A DNA stretch of 64,000 nt from Amoebophrya sp. A120 (lineage: Eukaryota; Protista; Dinoflagellata), in NCBI GenBank assembly GCA_905178155.1, contig CAJINV010000003.1, positions 9,369,979-9,433,978 of the forward strand, written 5' to 3'. The translations under genes and the position numbers were made by a program. Below, piece by piece: positions 38,702 to 49,990 of this stretch; position 1 is the first letter of the stretch, and every line of letters starts with the position of its first letter. The notes under the pieces were generated by a model that was not told where the DNA came from, made no database searches, and saw nothing but the letters and a program-made list of their open reading frames with translations.

Positions 38702-41700
38702 GTAAAAATGGGGCTGCCTCTATCGCGCGACAGAGACTCTACATCAGTGGCCCAGGATCCATACTGATTCTGCCGTACAAGCCGGTGGCCTGCCTAGGAA
38801 GGAGCCGCCATTTTTTTGCTGTACATTTTTAAGTACTTTCTCGCACCCGTCAAATAATAAAACGCATCTAACTACAGTATACGATTAATTTTTTGCAATC
38901 GATCGCAGTGCAGTCTACTAGTGAGTAGGTGAGTGGCCGGTCGCTGTCCTCACTGTCTTCGAAAGCATGGCTATTGCACCAGAGATATGATGACGTTTAC
39001 CAGCACGGTAGGCTTCTCCTGAAACGCAGTACAACGCAGGAGCTCCGCGCGCCATTTTGCCGAGTCTACTTAAAAGGAAAAAAAACAGCGTAGCGCTTCG
39101 GCCGTCTGCCGTACGATGCCACCAGGCGACAGTGGCGTCAAACTCCTGACAATTTTTAGCCGAGGTCAACCAACGACGCGACAGAATTCGCATCCTTCTT
39201 GCAGAAGGCAGGGCTGGCAGCGCGCCAGCTACAACCATGTAGCTTCTTCGCCAGTTCTTTGCACTTCAAATCAATTTGGTCTGTTCTCTATGGTGAGGTG
39301 CCCGCCGAATGAATTTATCCCAGCCATCCCCAGCTGGTACCTGCATGCTGCGCCCTTTGTGATGGATTTCTAGGCCCTCGCCTTTGTCGCGTGCGTTTTC
39401 GGTCCTCCTCCGGGATGCCGTCAAGAAAACTCAGCGGGGGCCTCGCAAGGAATGGCGTTCGAGCAAGGCGCATAGGCTGGCGGCCATTCTGAGAGACGCC
39501 CCCCGTTGAAGTTCCGAATGCGAGCCCCTAGGGGCTCCGCTGAAACGGCTTGCATTTTCGTGCGTCGCGACGAATGAGGCACAGTAGGTAACGCCACGGC
39601 CGATCTGGTTTGAGCGCCCGCGTGGCGCCGGGCTCCTCGACGCTGGGGCGCCCGCGCGACCGCTGTGGAAAAGGGGGTACGCCGCAGGACTTCCCGCCCT
39701 TGAGTACGGCGATGGAGCTGACAGCCCTTGCTTGTAAGTAAGTAGTGGTTGCGTATGCTCGTCGCGGGCAAAAGAGGGAAGCACTGCGCCGGTGCTGTGG
39801 CTGGACGGTTGCCCGCAAGCTGCACCAATAAGAGTGAGGCAGGCAGCGAAAAGCAGAGCGAGTAGCCTCAGTGCGGGCCCCTATGGGGCTGCTACAGCAA
39901 CTGGCAAAGGCCGGAGAGCATTGCGTGAAGGAACGAGGGACTGCTCACCAATATCGAGTGGTTCTGTTTGTTTGTTGCATTTTCGAAGCTACTTAACACG
40001 CTTTCGTAGAGTTTTACTTCTTGCATTCCCATCGAAGCGGTGGAGGGCGGTGACGGTTTTTCTTGCGATTTTGTCTAACTCGTCCGTAGTTATTGATGAA
40101 AGGTGATAGCAGCTCCTTATGTTTTTGCACCCTTGCTGAATTTCATATTCTTATTTTTGTTGTGACGTCGACCCCGACCTATTCTATTACTTTTCATTGC
40201 GTCCGAGTTGCGAATTGCAAGCAATGCGTGTCTTCTGCGTAGTCTTTTCAATTGCGAACGTTCTTTTCTCTTGCGAGGGCTCGTTTTTTTGAAAAAGCAA
40301 CGTCAACTTACGGTATGTAAAGACTTGATACAACTAGTATTGCGAAAAACTGCTGCAAAGCGTGTTAGGAGCGAAGGTGTGTAGTTGATATTCTATGGCC
40401 CGCCAAAGTGCGACAATTTTGGGGTAAAACATAAGGACAAGGCAAATGCTTGAGCTAGTGCTCCTTCTGCTGGGTACTGATTCTTTTACGCGGGTGCGCA
40501 AATTTGTTGTAGTACGCCATTAATACCCCAAGAAGAAACTGGGGCGGACGCGTTGTGAGCGGTCGGTACCGCGCGTTTGCAGCGAAAACAGTCCCAGCTG
40601 AGCAGTGGGGGCAGGCCATACATTTGCAGGCCTCGGCAGGACGATGGCATTGAAACTTGAGCGGTTTTTTCCAATAAGTAACAGATTCAGATACATAATT
40701 AAGTACGTGTACGTAAAACTAAAAGCCTAATTAGGATCTACTTATCCAGGTATTTTATGACTAGAGCGTCGAATTCACCGTCGTGTACCTATTCTAAAGT
40801 TAATTTCAGCAATCTTGAAAGAAGAGCGTGGGGCGCATTTGTTACGGCAGGTTTGTTTATTGCGCTTGCTCATCCGGCTAGGTTTTTCTCTCTTGAACTG
40901 ACAATGAGACACGGCAAGTCGCTTATCGCTCACATGCTAGCGCTGATACGTATGGCACAACTATAAGATAGATTTTTGGTTTCGGTCAATGCTTACATCA
41001 AGCAGTTCTTGGATTGGAATCATTAAGCATCGTGAACAAATTCTTGTATGCTAACTTACAGTTGGATGGGATTCTACCCCGCTGCATAGCCAGCGGGAGC
41101 ATCGGCATAAATGTCAGCAATCATGATCTATGCATTGGCATCAGCCGGCGCGCAACTCAAGCCGAAAGGTCACGCCTGGGGTCCGAAAGCCTGAAAGCCT
41201 ACACGAGTGTCTAAACGGTGTGCCGTTCTGTTCCTTTATTCCGTCAATCTGATGTGCGCCATCAGAAGTGCAGGATTGGTGTTTGTTCGTGCGGCACCAT
41301 CAGAAGTGCGGAACTTAAGGCCGGCCGAGCCCTTTCCAACGGAAGGAACTCCACTTCAAATATCTTGTCGCGTGAGGCACTAGAAGTGAGCGGGGATGTT
41401 TAAGTGGGTCGACCGCCCTAGAAGTTCGTGCAAATAAAGACACGCTTCTCCAAGTAGTTCTTTGTCGTTCTTAAAGGACCGACTATATAAAAGAAAACTA
41501 TAGTACCAGTCGATTGCGACACGTCGGAAAATAAAGCAACGAGTTTCGGTCAACTGACAACAGCAAGTAGCTAAATCGGTTTCGTACCTGATCAACTCTG
41601 CGGACTCGTCATTGCCATTCGAGAACGTCGACGTCGGTCGCAGTATACAACGTTCGCCATGTTGATCGTCCAAAGCTCTCGCCTCGTTCTTTCTTATCGA

Positions 41701-42354
41701 GAAATTAATGGACTAATGCCAGCTTTCGTTCCGGCAGCGTCAGAATTAAAAAGACCACAGACTTCCGAATAACAGATCACAGAACCAGGACTCCAGTGGA
41801 CATTTTGCCTGCCCATTGCACATGTAAAATTGATTTTTGATCCCGGGAGAGGGGATCTCTCATGCAGAATAGGCATAGAGTTGGAATGCTTTCGCAGACT
41901 TGGTCAAGCTTTCTAAGGATTGCGGACCTTGTTCTGGACTGAAAGACTTGTGCATTGTTCTACCCTACCCAGGCATATTTGTAATTGCTATCACACCTCG
42001 CTTGCCGGTGAGCACTTTCCTATGTAGAGGAACGGGGCAAGCTTCTTTTACCGTCGACAGACGGCGAGTCACCATGCTTTCTGATTTATTGGCCAAGAAA
42101 TTTTCTACGTGCCTCTGGGAAAACCTGAATTCGAGAGGACAAGGACGATCACATCGAGGTACGGGAATAGACTAACTCACCGCCTAGAAGAATATTGGTC
42201 ACCAGTGTCGACGGCATGGTCGTCCTGCGTGCGTGAACGTGTCGACGGCCGGTCGTCAAGGGAGCTAGCGCGTCGGTAGAGGCACCAGACACGTAGTTGC
42301 ACGGGGCAAAATAAAGGAACAAACCATAGCCACGCTTTTTGGAAACTCCTCGTG

Positions 42355-45300
42355 ATGGATTGGCAATTTTCCGTACAGCAAGGCCTGCGGTGCACGGTGA
42401 TCTTGCAAGTTAATCACACTCGAGCCTACCAGGACCGCAGCCCCGCAACGTCGCAAGCCAGCGGCTTTTTCATTTACCGCCTCGAAGAAGAAGGTCTTGG
42501 AGTGTTGCTTACAAATCGGCATAGTGCGACCTTGGGTCCGTGTACGATTTACGCCAGTTTTGAGAAGCACGAGCAAGTGAAGTGCGACGTGCTCTACTCT
42601 GACCCGTTGCACGACTTTGCATTCTACGTCTTTGATCTGCAGCAGTTACGTCGCACGAAATTGGGGCGGCCGTTACCGCTTAATGCCGCTGGTTTGCAGG
42701 TTGGTGTCGACGTGAAGATTGTGGGCAATGATGACGAAGAACGAAACCAGATCTTGAGCGGAACAGTGGCGAAGATAAATCGAAACCCGCCTTGCCTCGG
42801 AGACTACGACCAGGATCTGCATACCTTTTATGCGTTGGCTGCCTCGAGTACGAGCTGTGGTAGTTCCGGGTCGCCGGTGTTGAACATAGCTGGGGAAGCG
42901 ATTGCGTTGAACACTGCGGCAGCGAACACCGGATCGGGAAGCTACTACTTGCCTTTGGGGAAAGTAGTGGAAGTTTTTAAGTATTTGATAAAGCTCTACG
43001 ATCACGAGACGTGCCGCGTCAAAAGCATTAACAGTCAGAACCTTGGAATTGAGAATAAAAGCAATCCAGACGAAGATCATGAAACAAGCGATAAGCCCTG
43101 GCACCGCAAACCCATCGCAGAGCTGCTTAGTGATGCACCACCGAAGCGCGGTACCTTGGACTGCATTTTTAATTGGGAGGCTATCGAAGAAGCTGCGATC
43201 AATTGCGGGCTGGATCGAGCGGTGAATCTCACCGCTGGGAATCTCACTGCAGCCGCCTTCCGTCCCGCGGATGATCGTGCTCCGATCCCTAAAAATCGCG
43301 ATTATAAGGCCGGTGGTAATTTTTTTGTAAGTGGCGCGTCGTCCTCGTCCTCCGGGTCCGCAACTACGACAGGTGCTACGGATCATTCTGGTGCAGCAGC
43401 CAGCCCGAGCGCCGAGCTGCCGGCAGTAATGGAGCCCTCGAGAGCAACGCCGATGGGGTCGTTTTTTAGCCCTGGTGGCGCAGCAGGAGCAGCGCACGCG
43501 GGGGTCTTAGTGGTTGAGGAGGTGCTGCCCAAGTCGCCGGCGTCTGATTTACTGCAGGCAGGTGATGCGCTTGTCGAGCTGGACGGCATCAACATGGTTG
43601 ATCAAGGCCTAGACGCCTTTCAAGTTCTTGAAAGTATCCTTGACGCCAAGGTGGGGACGGCTGTCGAAATGGCTGTGTGCCGGTCGGGGCGTCTGGTCAA
43701 CGTGACCCTGCCGGTAGAAGACTTGTTTTCGCGCTGCATTCCGAGTGTTCTCTTGGAGTTCGGACTCGGTTGCTTTCACGACGTGGCGCAGGCAGTCGCA
43801 TTCCGACACCACATCGCCCAGAAAGGCGTGTATGTGGCAAAGCCCGGGCATCTTTTCGCACAGCTGTTTGACGCGGAAACGGGTGGCATCATTCGTGAAA
43901 TTAACGGAATTGCATGCGACACGGTGGATCAGTTCGAGCACCGGATGGCGAACATTCCTGACGGGGACCGATTTCTTGTGTCCTACATAACTTTTGATTC
44001 GGGGGGTACCAGGAACTTTCGTGAGCTAGTGTGTGGACCTATGTCACGCCAGTGGCAGCAGCCAGTCGTCTGGGAGCGACAGGGTCACACGGGGGGATCT
44101 AATTGGGTGTGCCGCGATGCACTCGGCACGTCTGCTCCTACTGAGCGAGACCATCATGTTGCGCCGAATCGAAGCGCAGCGGTTGAAGCGAGTGGCGCCG
44201 TCGTCAAACGTGGTCGATCGCCGCTTGTCTCGTCCAAAGTTGGACCTAAACCTCCTCTCCGTAATGGAGCATTGCAGTGTCGTAACCGGAAGCGTCTACC
44301 AGCGGTTCCTCTTCGAGATGCAGAAGATGCCAGCGACTCCGAGGACTCGGGGAGTGACATTGACGGGGAAGGAAGAGGACTCGGGTCGCTCTGCAGCACG
44401 GACGGAAGCAACTACTGTGCTGGCAAGGTCAACAATGTCTCGTCCCCCTCTGGAATCGACGCGCAGCGGCAGATCGATGAAAGTGATGCGCGCATCCTGC
44501 GCGACGCATTTCGAGACACTCTTGCTGTGGTGGAATGGAAGATTCCACCTGAGATGGCGGTCGGGCACACGGAATTTGCGTGCGCACACCGGCGCGGCAT
44601 CGGCATAGCTGTTCCTCCAGGAAACGTGTTTCTTTGCCCTCGAACAGTTGTTCCGCAGGCCATTGCGTCCGTTACGGTTCAGCTGCTAGCACCCGAGGGT
44701 GCACAGCACTCGTCCCATTCCAAGAAACAATTGTTCGAAGCCGTCGTCGATTTCGTTCATCCGACGCAGAATTTTAGTCTGGTCCGTATTTTACCCCCGG
44801 GCGCCAGCAGAACAATCTCTGGAGGCGAGCCGTCGCTTTCAATCGCTGACAAGCGCAAGCTGTACGGCTCGGACGCGAAATGCAGTGAGAGCACAGAGTG
44901 TGATGTCCTCGCGTGGAATCGAAATACTCTTACCGATCACGCGAATCAAAAGGGTGCAGGCAAGGAAGTGAAGATGATGCCACCGCTCCGGCCGGCGGCG
45001 TTCCAGTCAGAAGAATGGAATGCCAGCTCCGAGATGTCGAAAAACGTGCGAAAGTACCTGAATCTAGACTCCCCACCTGAGGGTAGCACAGGTGCTTGCC
45101 TTGCATTCGCGCCTGCTTCTGCTGGCTCTATCAGAAGTTCTGATAGCGCGACAAAAAACGCCGTCGCCGGCAAGGCAGGTTCATCTGCAGGAAGCCTCGT
45201 CGCTGATGGCAGCAAACTCAAGGCTGCGGACGGGATCCAGGGAGAGGATGCGGTTCTGGTTACAGTAACGGATGACCTGCAGATCGTACCCACGCGGAAT

Positions 45301-46954
45301 TTTGAATTTCTGTGCTCACAGCCGACGGTTTTAGAAAATGTATGGACACATCCTCCCCGCTGGCGTGCGCGAAATACTCTTGTCACACCACTCGATTGTG
45401 GACAGGATTTTCTTGGAGGAGTCGTCGTCTCGTTGTCTCAATTTCGTGCTGCAGCGGAGGAGGTCCACAGTTTGCGACAGCACAGCGGCGCACGCAAGGC
45501 ATCACCAGAGGGCCACAAGATGAACCACAAAAGTATGAAAGCCAGCAGAAATAAGCATGACGTCAGCAGGTCGAAAAAACGAAAGCTGGATGTTGATACC
45601 ATCGTCGATGGAGAAAAACAAGGCGAAAGCAAAGCACTGACAAATGATACCCTGCTCAGGAACAATACAACAGGTAGCGTCTCCGGAAACTACAAGTTGC
45701 GAATGTTTAACGATCGTGCAGGAACCGCCCAGGGCAGCAGCCTTTCAAGCGATGAACTTCTGTGGAACTTTACGGAAGCGCTGCCACTCGTGAGCGCTGT
45801 AGTTTTTCCGTTTCCGTATGTTAGTAGCGAGACAGCAGAAGGACCCGTGGAGCACGCGGACATGGAGGAAAACGAGGACGGTGAGCAAAGCCGTACCGCT
45901 TCAGGTTTGGCCAGTAACGGGTTTCCAGACACCGTCGGTGTGGATTATCTGGCCATTCCAGTCAAGCAATTCATTGGATGGATCTCTTCTCCCGATGAAA
46001 AATACGAACAACTCGGTACACCTGAGCGTGATCGCATTTGCGGACTTCATGGTGGAGCGTGTGACGTTAGCGGCAGCAACAGCATGACTCCGCAGTGCGA
46101 GCGGGCCCGCGAATGGCCGGACGCCGCCCCCCGCGGACCGTCACTAGCCCGGAACAGCTCAGACTCGAGTGACAGCAGGGCATCGTCGGGATCATCGACT
46201 AAACCACATTTGGCGATGAAATCGAGCCTGCCCGAGCCGGCTTCGCGCGACTGCATTCCTGCGAGGGCCCGCGTCGGGGAGACTAACGAAAAACTCTTGC
46301 GAAGTGCTGACTCAGAAGTGGTGGCAAGAGCATTAGCCTCGTCTTCGTCACGCCCGTGCATCCGGAGTGGCGGACTCGGCGTCGATCGGCCTGCAGCGTC
46401 GAAATGTATGGCCTTGGGTGAGTCTCCTTCGTCGCGCGCCCCGGATCTGCAGCCGAGGGACGGCAGTAGTGCTGCCTCCTCAACAGCTGCGCACGAACTT
46501 TTGTCGTATAATTCACGACATCTTCGCTTACTGCCGTATGCAACACGGTATTGCGTCCCTGTGCTTGATGTGGAGCTGTGCGCTTTCGAAGCAGCCACGC
46601 TTGAAGATTGGCCAGAGAAGCTTCGTCCCCCGGCATCATTCTTCAGCCGACACAAGGCGTCTAGCGCACTGAAAGTATGTTCGGGAGCATCTCGGGCAGA
46701 AAATTCGGATGCGGCCGAGTACCCGCAGACCGGCGATATCATGGTGAAGTTACAGAGTCGGAATTTCCGCAGTGTCATCGACCTGGAGAACGCGCTCTGG
46801 AGTACGAAGAAGAAGACGTTGACTGAGACGGGACTTCGGGCGGATGTCTACCGCAAAGGCGTGCTCCGCAGAGTACTACTACAGCCAGAGTTTCGTAAGT
46901 CCGATGGCGCGGAGCGCATGGTCATTTTTCACGGTTTGGTAGTGGTGGAGTCAC
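42355..46954 (+). CDS. NMA111: Nma111/DegP7-like HtrA serine protease, exon 1
   Basis: Catalytic triad motifs LLTNRH, DPLHDFAF and GSSGSPV. PDZ-like VLPKSPASDLLQAGD. Second, degenerate protease domain (VVPQA...FVHPTQNF). ATG at 42355. Confidence 0.85.
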
Positions 46955-47206
46955 TATCAAATGTAAAAATGTCTGGGTCTGGAAGAGTGCATGTTTGTCA
47001 TGCTTGTCTGGCATGACTCTTAAATCTGTCATGCACGTTGCCCAAGATCCGCATTTTTCTGTCATGCGGAGACGCAATTTGTCATGCAGAATAGGCAACA
47101 CTTACAAGCTCAGAAATTTGTCATGCTGAGCCAGCACTCGTGGCCTCCTCATGCTACGCCACTCGGCATCACAAGTTTCCAGACCCAGACATTTTTGCAT
47201 TTGATA
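46955..47206. mobile_element. Introner-like intron, family A (252 bp)
   Basis: 30-bp family A TIR with 1 mismatch. Direct repeat GTCAC at 46950-46954 and 47207-47211. Removing 257 nt opens a PDZ-like continuation. Confidence 0.94.
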
Positions 47207-47211
47207 GTCAC

Positions 47212-47401
47212 CGTTCTATGTTCCCCGCGTTTCATTTGGCAAACCAAATCCAGGCCTGTACGTCGTCCGGACAAAGCCGGGCACGCCAGCCAGTGCAAGC
47301 CTTGGACATGTGGGCGACCTATTCGTGATCCAGGTAGATGGCGTGCCGGTGAACACTTTAGCGGAGTTGCAGCAATTGGCACGGAATACAACAGGAAAAA
47401 A
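47212..47401 (+). CDS. Nma111-like protease exon 2 (C-terminal PDZ-like segment; 3' boundary approximate)
   Basis: PFYVPRVSFGKPNPGLYVVRTKPGTPASASLGHVGDLFVIQVDGVPVNTLAELQQL has a PDZ signature. Not in the ORF track. Confidence 0.75.
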
Positions 47402-48473
47402 GTGTTTTTTGCTCTGAAGTCGTGACGCAAACAAGGATGCGCCACAGATCATGAGTTTGGCTTGTCAGAAAAAATTTTTAAAAAAGTGCTGCCTTTAGCG
47501 TTAGTTTAGACGGTTTTTGGATGGCAATCGAACGGAAAGACAGGAAGCACAAGCGTACAAGAGGACTAGGCGGGAGTCATCTCTTTGATGCATATGGATA
47601 TGCCGCACAACTGTCACAGTGAGCCACACTTTTCTCGTCCCATATATGATGACGGAAATGCCCAGGTGAACGTGAAGCAGAAGGTCGTTCGTGCGTTGTT
47701 GCGGGATATCAATCGCAAATATGGCATGTCTGGGTTGAGTTGAGTTGCAGATTCACTTTGTGTCATGGTAAGTTTGCATTGCATGCAGGGACGATTGAAG
47801 CAGCCGAAAGATCAACATACACATTGAAACTTGAACGCTGCCAATGCGTGCGGCAACTGAATAGAAGTGCATGGACAGTGGCCCGAGGCGGGCTCTCTAG
47901 CACGACAAATCAGCAGATTTTCCAGTTCTGTTTTTTCGTTTCTCTACCTTAGTGCGAGCCCTTTTGCGTTTCTCCGCCGCAGTGCGAGCCCGCCGTAGAC
48001 CTATGCTTTCCATCTTTCACTAGGTCGGAAAGAAGTTTTGACATCATGCCACTGCATTTGGTCACCACGGAAACTTTGGTAGTTGAAGTACCTGCTGTTG
48101 CATGGATTGCTGTTCATGGTGCTTGCGTCAAGCGAGTGTAGCATTGCATCAAAAGCAGACCCAGAAGTCGTATTTTCAATGTATGGAACACCTGGATGGA
48201 CGGCAGCGGCTAGCTATAATGTGGATCATATCAATGCGAAATCAATCTTCCTTCCCTCCCTTTTAGTGAAGAAGTCTGTACCAGAACATCGATCTGTCTG
48301 TGCCAGAATTTTTGCATGAGTTTTCACTTGACGCATAAACAGGAGGTCGTGCACGGCAGACGAGTTTACGTTGTTATGTGATGCCAGTTACTGGCGCCGG
48401 AAGGCACGCCTATAATGCTGGAGAGCTGCTGATGATATTGTCATTGCTCCTTTACAAAATAAAAGGAACCAAG

Positions 48474-48612
48474 GAGAGGCAACGCAAGTTTCCTGAAAGG
48501 CAAAGGGGGGACGAGATGGATTTCAACTGGATGGACTGATCCCGTGTTCTGGCCCTGTCAGGAGTACTCGGTGAACCGGGATACGGGGGGCCCAAAAATC
48601 ACTCTTTGGTGA
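48474..48612 (+). CDS. Probable last exon of the Nma111-like protease (5' boundary uncertain)
   Basis: WISTGWTDPVFWPCQEYSVNRDTGGPKITLW* resembles the D..YWP..E C-terminal motif of Nma111/DegP7. Frame open from 48463. Confidence 0.5.
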
Positions 48613-49990
48613 GTAGTGCGTGGCCCGTAATGTGTCTTCAACTCATGGCAGTCGCCTTTGATGTAAGTGTAACGGCAACCCTACGAGTATGCTATGAATA
48701 ATTTTTTAGGCTACTGCTCGTAGTGTACAAGCTTATCCTCTTTCTCGCGTACGACTCATACTCACCAAGTACCTGCTAGATTGATGGAAGGTCAAAGAGC
48801 ACCAGCGAGCATCTCCGCGATAATCGGAGAAGGTGAACGTGATACGGATAGATCTTTGTCTCGACTCGATTCAAGTAATTCCAAAGATTCTGTTTCGTTT
48901 TTTTTTGCTCGATGAAACGCGTTTTCTATTGGTTTGTTTTCCTCAGCCGTGGCGTGGGCCTCAGTGTCACCAAAAAGGGAAGCCGACTACGCAGTGCTCG
49001 CGGTGCCGTGTGTCGGTTTGCCATAGGTTGTTATGAAATCGCGTCAGCAAAAGCAACGCGCCTTGTTCTCTGGAGAGTCATAAGCCTCTCCAGACATAAG
49101 AACATAAGCCTAGCCGCACTAGCGGCAAGCCTCACGCGCACCATCAGAAGTGCAGTATTGGCCGTTCTTTGCGGTGTCTCACCATCAGAAGTGCGAGCTG
49201 CGAGGAGCGGGGCGCACCGCCTGAAGTTCTAAAAGTCAACTTAACCCTATGGACAGATGGATAGAGGGCAAATAATACTAAAAAAATGCCTTGTTTGCAT
49301 CCGCACTGCAGGAAGGCAGATGGTATGAATGATATTGCGTGACGAAGTTCGTCGATATCTCCTTTCAATTTTGTAGTTTTGAAGTACATTAGCTACGTCC
49401 GGTCCCACGGCGTATACGGTTTAATCTACGAATCTTTCCGCTGCTGAAGCGGGCACGCGTTGCCTCGTGCATTTCTGTGGCAAAACACGCTCGATGCGTC
49501 GCAGGGCAACATCGTACCTGCGAGTTGCGGGCGACCAATAAATGTGTTCTGACCATTGGCCTTCCCCAGCTGGTTAGCCAGGAAAGCTCCCCGGGCCCCA
49601 TTGCCCTCGGCCGAAGGGATACGGTTACTGCATGAGATTGAGAGGCACTTGTGTAGCACGAGCAAGATCGCGGGCGAAATCTGCTGGAGCTGTGCAGCGC
49701 TATGAATCTGTTTCGTGCTCTACACCCTGACAGGTGTAGTAGTTGCGCCCACAGTTCTTCTGGGCAATAGCGAGCGCGCATGTAAGGTTCGCCTAGAGTC
49801 TCTATACGCTGCGAAAATAAATACTACTCCATACCCCAGAGAGACAGGAAACAAAGGCAATCGCTTCTCGTCGAACGCACGGCGGGCAGCAGCGGCGGAG
49901 CGAACATGGGCGACAAATTGGGAACGTGGCACACGTAAATATCTGGCACCGCTCGTCTACGTTCGTCTTCGTACGCACGGGACGGAGGCC

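Noticed and set aside
39045-39066. GCCATTTTG as a dinoflagellate spliced-leader relic
   Set aside because: Only about 9 nt match and it is not adjacent to a gene start.
14412-47206. Repeated 30-mers as a CRISPR array or bacterial IS ends
   Set aside because: They are dispersed inverted pairs, not regularly spaced direct repeats. No cas or transposase ORF was recognised and the context is eukaryotic.
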